DNA of 64,000 bases, taken from Rickettsiales bacterium (lineage in GTDB: Bacteria > Pseudomonadota > Alphaproteobacteria > Rickettsiales > UBA1997). The DNA lies in NCBI GenBank assembly GCA_038142525.1, contig JAYQKE010000014.1:7309-71308 (forward strand), read 5' to 3'. Made by a program: the position numbers and the translations under genes. How positions within the stretch are numbered: the first letter of the stretch is position 1; each line of letters begins with the position of its first letter. Shown piece by piece: positions 45,544 to 55,040 of the stretch. The notes beneath the pieces were generated by a model. It searched no databases. It saw only the letters and a list, made by a program, of their open reading frames with translations, and was not told where the DNA came from.

Positions 45544-46735
45544 TAAAGTTAAAATAACAAAAATGAATCAAAATAAGCAGGAATTAGTGCCTAAGTTGAG
45601 ATTTCCTGAGTTTCGTGATTCTGGGGAGTGGAAAGAGAAATCGCTTAAAGATTTATTTACCATAGGAAGTGGAAGAGATTATAAGCATTTAGATAATGGC
45701 GAGATACCAGTTTATGGAACTGGTGGCTATATGTTGTCTGTAAATGATTATTTATACGATGGTGAAAGCGTGTGCATTGGTAGAAAGGGTACAATTGACA
45801 AGCCTGTTTTGTTAACTGGGAAATTTTGGACTGTAGATACGCTGTTCTATACTCATTCTTTCAAAGAATGTTTGCCAAGGTTTGTTTTATCTATATTTCA
45901 GAATATTGATTGGAAAAAACATAATGAAGCTGGAGGCGTTCCAAGTTTATCTAAAACTAATATTGAGAAGCTAAATGTAGTTATTCCAAAGCTTAAAGAG
46001 CAACAAAAAATAGCTGACTGCCTTTCTTCTATTGATGATTTAATAACAGCAGAATCTAAAAAACTTGAATCTATCAAGAATCACAAAAAAGGTTTGATGC
46101 AAAACCTATTTCCATCTGAGGGAAAAACCACTCCAAACTTTCGTTTTCCTGAATTTAAAAATGATGGTGAGTGGGAAGTAAAGCCTCTTGGTAAAATATG
46201 TAAATATTCCAATGGAGGAGGTAATGAAAATAATGTTGTAGATAATGGTAAGTACTATTTAATTTCTTTAAACAGTATTGATACCGAAGGTAATCTAAAG
46301 CCTAATATGAAAAGAGTAAATCATATAGATAATTCATTAATTAAAAATGACTTAGTAATGGTGCTGAGTGATGTTGCATATGGCAATTTTTTAGGCTTAT
46401 CAGCAATAATCCCTAACAATAACTATGTTCTAAATCAAAGAATGGCAGGTCTAAGAGTAAGGTCTAATCAAAATATTAATATTGAATATTTAAGATTATT
46501 CATAAATAACAATCAAAAATATTTTAAGCAAAAAGGTCAAGGCTCTTCTCAACAAAATCTTTCAAAACCTTCAGTGGAAAGATTTCCTATTTTTTTACCA
46601 AATAACCCAAAAGAGCAACAAAAAATAGCCGACTGCCTTTCTTCTATTGATGATTTAATTACATCGCAAGGGCAAAAAATTGAAGCACTAAAAACTCACA
46701 AAAAAGGCTTAATGCGCGACTTTTTCCAAATATAG
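45536..46735 (+). CDS. hsdS: Type I restriction-modification specificity subunit, intact
   Basis: Two target-recognition domains are separated and followed by the conserved repeat (K/P)KEQQKIADCLSSIDDLIT. The ATG overlaps the hsdR stop. Confidence 0.88.
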   Translation: MSNKVKITKMNQNKQELVPKLRFPEFRDSGEWKEKSLKDLFTIGSGRDYKHLDNGEIPVYGTGGYMLSVNDYLYDGESVCIGRKGTIDKPVLLTGKFWTVDTLFYTHSFKECLPRFVLSIFQNIDWKKHNEAGGVPSLSKTNIEKLNVVIPKLKEQQKIADCLSSIDDLITAESKKLESIKNHKKGLMQNLFPSEGKTTPNFRFPEFKNDGEWEVKPLGKICKYSNGGGNENNVVDNGKYYLISLNSIDTEGNLKPNMKRVNHIDNSLIKNDLVMVLSDVAYGNFLGLSAIIPNNNYVLNQRMAGLRVRSNQNINIEYLRLFINNNQKYFKQKGQGSSQQNLSKPSVERFPIFLPNNPKEQQKIADCLSSIDDLITSQGQKIEALKTHKKGLMRDFFQI

Positions 46736-46754
46736 ACCAAAACCACAAATCAAA

Positions 46755-47760
46755 ATGACCAAAACCCAAGAAGAAAAACAAATAATCATTTATCAAGCCC
46801 CTGACGGAAAAAGCCAAGTTTCGCTTTATGCAAAAGATGGTAATATTTGGCTTAGTCAAAAACAAATTTCTGAACTTTTTGACACCTCTTTGCCAAATAT
46901 CAATATGCATATTTCTGTAATCTTGAAAGAAGGCGAGCTGGAGAAAAATTCAGTTATTAAGTATTTCTTAACAACTGCCAAAGACGGCAAAAATTATAAT
47001 GTTGCCTTCTATTCTTTAGAAATGATTTTAGCGATTGGGTTTAGAATTCGCTCTAAAAGAGGAACGCAATTTAGAATTTGGGCAAATGGGAACCTTAAAG
47101 AATATATGATTAAAGGATTTGTGATGGATTCTAATCGCCTTAAAAACCCCGATGGAAGACCAGATTATTTTGATGAATTACTTGAGCAGATTCGTGATAT
47201 TCGCGCTTCTGAAAAAAGATTTTATCAAAAAGTTCGCGATCTTTTTGCTTTAAGCTCTGATTATGACAAAAGCGACAAAGCAACCCAAATGTTTTTTGCC
47301 GAAGCGCAAAATAAATTAATTTATGCCTCAACTGGTAAAACCATGCCCAGAATTAATTATTGCAAGGGCTGATGCCAAAAAGCCAAATATGGCTCTAACC
47401 TCTTTCAAGGGTAAAATTGTAAGAAAACAAGATATTATAATTGCCAAAAACTATTTATCTAAAGATGAGCTAGATACCCTTAATCGTTTAGTAGTAATCT
47501 TTTTAGAAACCGCAGAACTTCGTGCTAAAAACCGCCAAGATATTACTATGAAATTTTGGCAAGAAAATGTTGATCGGGTTTTATCTTCAAATGACTATAA
47601 AATTCTTAATCACAAAGGTAAAATTTCAAATAAAAAAATGGAAGAAAAGCTAAATGAAATTTATGAAGATTTTGACAATAAAAGAAAAGAATTTGAAGCA
47701 AAAATTGCCGATGAAGAAGATTTAAAAGAATTAGAAAATTTAATTAAAAATAAAAAATAA
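46755..47760 (+). pseudogene. RhuM-family protein, one frameshift
   Basis: ORFs 46755-47372 and 47323-47760 join into a RhuM-like protein (..IAIGFRIRSKRGTQFRIWAN..IRASEKRFYQKV..). It is embedded between hsdS and hsdM. Confidence 0.7.
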
Positions 47761-47764
47761 AATT

Positions 47765-49375
47765 ATGACTGAACAACAAAAAGAATTAGGAAAAACACTT
47801 TGGGCAATTGCTGATGGTTTGAGAGGGGCTATGAATGCGGATGATTTTCGTGATTATATGCTTTCCTTTCTTTTCTTGAGATATCTTTCTGATAATTATG
47901 AAGCGTGACAAAAAAAGGAGTTAGGGAAAGATTATCCTGAAAAAAATGGACATACCACTCCTTTGCAACGCTTTTACGAAGAAAATTCTGAGGATGTGAA
48001 AGATTTTGAAGATTTAATGCGTCGTCGTGTCCATTATGTTATTGAGCCGGACTACCTTTGGGGGAATATTTCCCAGATGGCCAGAATCCAAGATGGTGAA
48101 TTGCTAAATACACTTCAAGATGCCTTTAAATATATTGAAAATGAGTCTTTTGATAAAGCATTTCAAGGTCTCTTTTCTGAAATTAATTTGAATTCTGAAA
48201 AACTTGGTAAACATAACACAGAACGAAATAATAAACTATGCACTATCATCACCAAGATTGCTGAAGGATTATTAAAATTCTCTACTGCTACAGATATTTT
48301 AGGCGATGCTTATGAGTATTTAATAGGTCAATTTGCTGCTGGCTCTGGAAAAAAAGCGGGAGAATTTTATACGCCACAAGAAATTTCAACAATTTTGTCT
48401 GAACTTGTGACATTAGATGGACAAGAGCCTGCTAACGGAAAGAAAAAATATTTAGAAAGCGTGTTTGATTTTGCCTGCGGTTCTGGATCTTTGCTTTTAA
48501 ATGTTAGAGGTCAACTTGGCTCTAATGGTGTTGGTAAAATTTACGGACAAGAAAAAAATGTCACTACCTACAATTTAGCAAGAATGAATATGTTGCTACA
48601 TGGAGTAAAAGATTCTGAATTTGAAATTTACCACGGCGATACTTTAACAAATGATTGGGATATTTTAAGAGAAGCCAATCCAGCTAAAAAACCTTATTTT
48701 GATGCAATAGTTGCCAATCCACCATTTAGCTATCGTTGGAAACAAAGTGATACACTTGCAGATGATGTTCGCTTTAAAAACCATGGCTTAGCACCAAAAT
48801 CTGCTGCTGATTTTGCCTTTTTATTACATGGGTTTAACTATTTGAAGCAAGAAGGAACTATGGCAATTATATTGCCACATGGAGTTTTATTTCGTGGTGG
48901 CGCAGAAGAAAGAATTCGTCGTAAGCTTTTAGAAGACGGGCATATTGATACTGTGATTGGATTACCTTCAAATCTATTTTATTCTGCAGGAATTCCTGTT
49001 TGTATTTTGGTGGTAAAAAAATGCAAAAAACCTGACGATGTTTTATTTATTAATGCAAGCGAGGGCTTTGAAAAAGGAAAGAGGCAAAATCAGCTATTGT
49101 CTGAACATATAGAAAAAATAGTTAGCACTTATCAATTCCGCAAAGAAGAAGATCGCTACTCTAGACGCGTATCAATGGAGGAGATCAAATCCAATGATTA
49201 TAATTTGAATATTTCTCGCTATATTAGCACCGCTATCCCAGAAGAGGAAATTGATTTGGCAAAAACAAATGAAGATTTAAAGGTTATTGAAGAAAAAATA
49301 AAAACAGCGACCAATAAACATAATGCATTCTTGCAAGAGTTGAATTTGCCAATTTTACCTAGATTTAATAAATAA
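47765..49375 (+). pseudogene. hsdM: Type I restriction-modification N6-adenine DNA methyltransferase subunit, in-frame TGA at codon 48
   Basis: The ATG at 47765 (MTEQQKELGKTLWAIADGLRG..) is in the same frame as ORF 47963-49375 (..NPPF motif VANPPFSY). The TGA at 47906-47908 interrupts it. Confidence 0.88.
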
Positions 49376-49389
49376 AAAGTAATTAAAAA

Positions 49390-50255
49390 ATGTTAGAAAG
49401 ACTCAAAAAAATTGACTTGAGAAAAGCTTGGAAATCTGAAGACCAAGAATTTACTCCTTGGCTTGCAGGTGAAGAAAATCTTGAATTACTGGGTGATACG
49501 ATTGGAATTGAGCTAGAATTAGTTGGCAGGGAAAAAGATATGGGGCCTTTTAGGGCTGATATTTTATGCAAAAATGTCGAGGATGATTCTTGGGTATTGA
49601 TAGAAAATCAAATTGAAAAAACAGATCACAAGCACCTTGGTCAATTAATGACTTATCTTGCCGGATTGCAGGCGGCAACCATAATATGGATTGCATCAAG
49701 ATTTACCGAAGAACATAGAAAATCTTTAGATTGGTTAAATGAAATAACTGACAAAAGATTTAAGTTTTTTGGTCTTGAAATTGAGTTATTTCAAATTGGG
49801 AATTCTCCATATGCTCCAAGGTTTAATGTTATCTCAATGCCAAATAATTGGGGTAAGTCAGTTTCATAAGCGACTAAAAATATCAGCGAAAGTATTGAGT
49901 CGGAAACCAAGGCTTTGCAATATAAATATTGGCAACAATTGGTTGATTTTATAAAAGAATCAGGGTCAAAGCTAAAACCACATGATCCAAGACCAAGGAA
50001 TTGGCAAACTTTTGCTATTGGTAGGAGCTTGACTTTCATTTATCTGCAAAAATTAATACTCAAAATAATAAGGTTGCAATTGAGCTTTGGATCACAAATA
50101 GAGATCATGCAAAGGCATTCTTTAAATTGCTTGAATTGGAAAAGTCTGAGATAGAAATTGAAATGGCCAGTAAGCTTGAATGGAGAGAAAATTCTGAAAA
50201 AACATCTTCTCAAATTGCATTATTTGATGATTTTGAGCTTTCTAAGCAGGATAAA
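49390..50255 (+). pseudogene. DUF4268-type protein (N-terminal PD-(D/E)XK-like): nonsense, frameshift and 3' truncation
   Basis: ORF 49390-49869 ends at an in-frame TAA. The same frame continues (..QYKYWQQLVDFIKE..). There is a further shift near 50030, and the C-terminus is cut by the IS at 50256. Confidence 0.65.
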
Positions 50256-51632
50256 AGACCTTTGCATAGATCATTAAAATTTCCCTAACTTTCTCTTGGT
50301 TTTTTCTTAATTTCATCAATTTTTTCTTGAATAAAACAGCAATAAAGCTAGTATTTATCTAGCTTTATTGCTGTTTATTATAATGAAATATTAATAAATT
50401 ATGGTTACTTTTGCTTCTATTTCCATTCAAGAGAGATTAAAAAATGACAGTAAATTGTTAAAGTTAGATAAATTAATAAATTGGGAGAGGTTGAGATCTT
50501 ATTTGGTCAAGATTCACAAAAAAGACTTTAATGAAAATAGCGACAGAGGTAGAAAATCTTATGATAAAATATCTATGTTAAAGCTTGTTCTACTTGGTCA
50601 ATGGAATAGTTTAAGCGATGAAGAATTAGAATATGCTGTAAAGGTAAGGCTTGATTTTATATCATTTTGTGGCTTTGATATTAGTGATAAGGTGCCAGAT
50701 CATTCAACTATCTGTAGATTCAGAAATAAATTAATTGAAAGAGATTTGTTAGATAAATTATTATCTGAGATTAATAATCAATTATCAGAGAATAATCTCA
50801 AAGTTAAAAAAGCTAATCTTGCAGTAATAGATGCTACATTGATTGAGTCTAATTCTAGACCAAATAGGACAAAGACAATAGAAGATAATATTACTAAAGA
50901 CAGGAATGAATCAAATTTCTAATAATAAAATAGGAAACTTAACTATTGAGCAATCAGAATCGGCAGATCCAGATGCCACTTGGCTAAAGAAGGGAAATAA
51001 ATATCATTTTGGATTTAAATCATTTGCCACAACAGATGAAGAAGGATTTATCAATAAAACCAAAACAATTCCAGCCAATCAATCTGAGATTAATCAAATG
51101 GAGGATATGGTAACGGATTGTGATAAATTTTCTGGAGATAAGGGTTATGATTCTAAAGGAAATAGAGATATCTTACGAAAAAAAAGGCATCAAAACCAGA
51201 TTGATGTATAAAAAGCCAAAAGGAAAACCCATGACCAAATGGCAAAAAAGATTTAATAAAGCTGTATCAAAAAGAAGATTTATTGTTGAACAATCTTTTG
51301 GAACTCTAAAAAGAAGATTTAAATTCAATAAAGCTTCTTATTTTACAACAAAAAAAGTAAATGCTCAATTTACTCTAAAAGCTATTTGTTTAAATCTACT
51401 CAAAGCAGTTAATAAAATAAAAGCATTGGTGCCACCAAAACAACTGGAATTAGGATAATTGTGTCCAAAATCCACAAAACAACAAAGAATACCACAAAAA
51501 CACCGAAATAACCAATATTTTTGCCAATAAATTGTCAAAAATATCAAAAAATACAGTTTTTTCCAAAAATTTCCTTCAAAAAAATATTCTGAAGGAAAAT
51601 TAGAGAAAAATCAATGATTTATGCAAAGGTCT
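50256..51632 (+). mobile_element. IS5-family element (type B, ~1377 bp), transposase in three frames
   Basis: Terminal inverted repeats AGACCTTTGCATAGATCATT / AATGATTTATGCAAAGGTCT. The InsH-like N-terminus is ORF 50401-50922. Further pieces are 50906-51211 and 51120-51458, with the second shift in the A8 run at 51178-51185. Confidence 0.8.
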
Positions 51633-52332
51633 TAGAAATAGGGATTCACTCCACAAAGACCATTAACCAAAGCGTTTAACAAAGACCCAAAAAGAGTAAC
51701 TAAATTTTTACAAGAAGATTACCCTTTAATTAAAAATAAATGTAAAAAAGAAAAAGGAGAAATTCATTTTCTTGATGAGATGGGAATAAATAACAATAGC
51801 CACTCTTTTCTTAGAGGATATGGAATAAAAGGAAATAAAGAATATCAGCCAGTCTTAACAAAATCAGTTAAAAGAGTAAGTACAAATATGGTTTCAACAA
51901 TCAATAATAATGGTCATTTCAGATTTATGGTCTATGAAGAAAATATGAATATTGAAATATTTCTTAAATTTCTTAGACAATTAATTAAAAACCAAGATAA
52001 GAAAATATTCTTAATATTAGATAATCTAAGAGTTCATCATGCTAAAAAAGTAAAAGAATGGCAACAAAAACATAAAGATAAAATAGAGTTCTATTTTCTT
52101 CCAGCATATTTCACCTGAATTAAATCCAGATGAATTGGTTAATCAAGATGTTAAGGCAAATGCAGTAAAACATAGGTTAATTCATACAAAAGAAGAATTA
52201 AATAAAATAGTCAGATCATATTTATATTCTCTACAGAGAGATAAGCAAAAAATAAGAAATTTTTTCAAAAAGAAAAGTGTTAGATATGCCGCCTAAAAGT
52301 CTACTAATTTATGAAAGGGATAATATTTAAAG
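51633..52332 (+). pseudogene. IS630-family transposase, C-terminal (DDE) part, frameshifted
   Basis: ..FLDEMGINN..VSTNMVSTINNNG..FLILDNLRVHHAKKV..ELNPDELVNQDVK..KKSVRYAA*. The 5' part is missing. Confidence 0.75.
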
Positions 52333-52348
52333 ATAGGAATTAGTATTA

Positions 52349-52568
52349 TAATAATGACGGTAAAAGAAAAAAGATTAGATTTTAAAATTAAAAACATTAA
52401 AATTTAAGATATTACCTTACTACCATAAACGAAATTTTAGAATTTTTCAGAAATTTCTGCGAACAGAGATTCTTACGATCTCAACTCAAAATTTCAAAAA
52501 TTTCTACACCGAATTTGAAGAAAAAAGTCTATGATTTTTAAAGAGGTAATGGTCTAACAAATGGGTGA
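52349..52568 (+). mobile_element. solo right-end remnant of an IS3 type A-like element
   Basis: Colinear with 34095-34312 with some divergence. It ends ..aagaggtaatggtctaacaaatgggtga. Confidence 0.65.
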
Positions 52569-52605
52569 AGTTCTCATTTCTTTAGAAAATGAAAAATATT
52601 AAAAC

Positions 52606-53585
52606 ATGACAAAAATTATACTAATAAAAGAAATAATTACTGATATACGTGAAATAGCAAAATTAAGAGAATATATGTTTGATAATTCATGTAAGATTGT
52701 ATCAAAAGATAACAGATCTTATGATATTAACGACGAAATCCCTCTAAATCTAATGGCAGAAGAATCTTTGAACATGGTTGCAAAGCCCCCATCTCCAGAA
52801 AAAATAGCAGATGACATAATATATAAAAATCCTCATTTAACTGAAGAGCAAAAGAATATTATTAGACAGAAATTGCCAGGGGATAAAAAAGAAGATCTAA
52901 GAGCTACCAATGTACTTGACTTACATGATTTTGGCATTAAAGAGCTACCAAAATCAATTGGAGATCTTTGGAATTTAGCGCTATTAGATTTGGCTGATAA
53001 CCAACTAGAAAGTCTGCCAAAAGAAATTGAAGGTCTTGAGTCTTTAAGGATTTTAATGTTACAGGGTAACAAACTAAACAGTGTGCCAGCAGGAATTGAA
53101 AAACTTATGAATTTAAGGGTTTTAGATTTATCTAGGAACGAACTAAAAATTCTGCCAGAAGAAATTGAAGGTCTTGAGTCTTTAGAGACTTTAGCTTTAT
53201 CTGATAACCAACTAGAAATTCTGCCAGAAAAAATTGAAAAACTTATGAATTTAAGGCGTTTACTGTTAGACGGTAACCAACTAAACAGTGTGCCAGCAAG
53301 ACAATTGAAAAACTTATGAATTTAAGGGTTTTAGATTTATCTCATAACAAACTAAACATTGTGCCAGAAGCAATTAGATATATTTGGAATCTAGAGCGTT
53401 TACTGTTAGGCTATAACGAACTACAAAATGTGCCAGAAGACATTATAAGGCATGGGAGTTTAGAGGAATTAGATTTGACTGGTAACCCACTAACTGATAC
53501 TGATATTGAACCCAGGATATATAGAGACCTGGGTCTAGCTATATTAAAAGGCTCACTTCCTCGTCCTAAGCCAGATGTAGCCAAA
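52606..53585 (+). pseudogene. leucine-rich repeat protein (23-aa LRR units), frameshifted and probably 3'-truncated
   Basis: About 95 non-repeat residues are followed by 10 or more LxxLxLxxNxLxxLPxxI units. ORFs 52606-53319 and 53316-53669 are in different frames, with a 2-nt indel inside a repeat unit near 53300. The end is approximate. Confidence 0.7.
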
Positions 53586-53922
53586 GCCCGAGCAATTAAT
53601 ACATCAGACAAAGGATCTTTGCACCGTACTTTAAAAAAAAAAAGAAACAACAAAACCAGCGAAGTTTAATCATCTTCAACAACAAGAAAGATTTGATGAA
53701 TTTATTGATTATTACAACAATAAAAGACCTCATCAAGCAATTAATATGAAGTATCCGGCAGAAATATATCAACCATCAGTAAGACAATATAATGGCTTAC
53801 CAGAAATAGATTATCCCTACCATGACAGAACTGTAACTGTTACTCATTGCGGTAGAATATGCATAAAGAAAAGAAAGATTAATTTATCACAAGCTTTATC
53901 TGGCCAAAATATAGGAATAAAA
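53585..53922 (+). pseudogene. IS481-like (rve integrase) transposase C-terminal fragment
   Basis: ..DKGSLHRTLKKK, then a shift in an A11 run, then ..QERFDEFIDYYNNKRPHQAINMKYPAEIYQPS..YPYHDRTVTVTHCGRICI..LSQALSGQNIGIKV. The start coordinate is approximate. Confidence 0.55.
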
Positions 53923-55040
53923 GTCTTTGATAATTATAAAAATGGATAAATCTTGTTATTTGCCTCTTTAATTCTTCTATATTATCAGGAGGATTGAGAA
54001 AAATTTGTTCATATTTTACAGTTCTCCAGAATCTTTCAATAATTACATTGTCTACCCACCTACCTTTTCCATCCATTGATATTTGAATATTTCGTTTTTT
54101 TAATTCATTTATCCAATTACCGCTGGTAAATTGAGATCCTTGATCAGTATTAATAATTGTTGGAATAATTTTATGATTTTTTATTCCCTTTTTTAATATT
54201 TCAACACAATTATTAGTTTCCATAGAAATTGATAATTTTGATGCAACAACAAATCTAGAACTCCAATCAATTAGCGACATTAAATAAACAAATCCTACTG
54301 GTGTTTTGATGTAAGTTATATCAATTGCCCAAGTGTGATTTGGCTTATCTATTTTAGATTTATCTTCTAATAAATAAGGATATTTGTAATCTTTTTTATT
54401 GATGATTGTTGTCTTTTTCTTTGGATAAAGAGCTTTAATCTTTAGAACTCTCATTAATCTAAGAATCTTCTTGCGATTAATTTTATTATTATGATTTCTA
54501 TCTTGATTGATTATTTCTGTAATTCTTCTATATCCGAAAAATTGATATTTACTCCAGATATTATGAATATCTTTGCATAAACTATTAATCTTAGAAATAT
54601 CAATCCTAGATTTATAATAAAAATTAGATCTATTAATATCTAACAATCTACATCTATTTCTGACAGCTAAATTATACATATCTGATGATAATTTTAGAAA
54701 TTTGATTTTCTTAGAATAATCTAACTGTCCAGAAACTTTTTTAAGAAATCTCTTTCCATTGTTAATTGACCTATTTTCTTATATAATTTATCAATTTCTT
54801 TATCCTTCTTTTTTTGTTCTTTTTTACTTAATTTTTCTTCTTTAGATAACTTAGAATCAGAAAATATATCATTACCGCTAGCTTTAAACTGCTTAACCCA
54901 TTTATGTAATGTTGATTTAGCAATATCATATTCGCTACAAATCTGATAAATTGTATAATTTTCGGATAAATATTTCATTACAACTTTAAACTTAAAATCA
55001 GAATTATATTTTTTAATTTCTTTTGACATAATTTATTAAA
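53923..55040 (-). mobile_element. IS3-family element (type A), copy 3, truncated at both ends
   Basis: orfB lacks its last ~17 codons at the junction with the IS481 fragment. The left ~130 bp, including the terminal repeat, are missing at the junction with sucA. Confidence 0.8.
54721..55029 (-). CDS. IS3-family transposase OrfA (copy 3, in a truncated element)
   Basis: 102 aa, identical to the copy 1 OrfA. Confidence 0.8.
   Translation of the reverse strand: MSKEIKKYNSDFKFKVVMKYLSENYTIYQICSEYDIAKSTLHKWVKQFKASGNDIFSDSKLSKEEKLSKKEQKKKDKEIDKLYKKIGQLTMERDFLKKFLDS

Noticed and set aside
47906-47908. The in-frame TGA in hsdM might mean TGA is read as tryptophan, indicating an alternative genetic code.
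   Set aside because: Several clearly complete genes in the window end at TGA, for example the XRE gene at 10651-10653, xseA at 28055-28057 and the nuclease ORF at 57863-65. No other conserved gene needs TGA as a sense codon. A nonsense mutation is the simpler reading.
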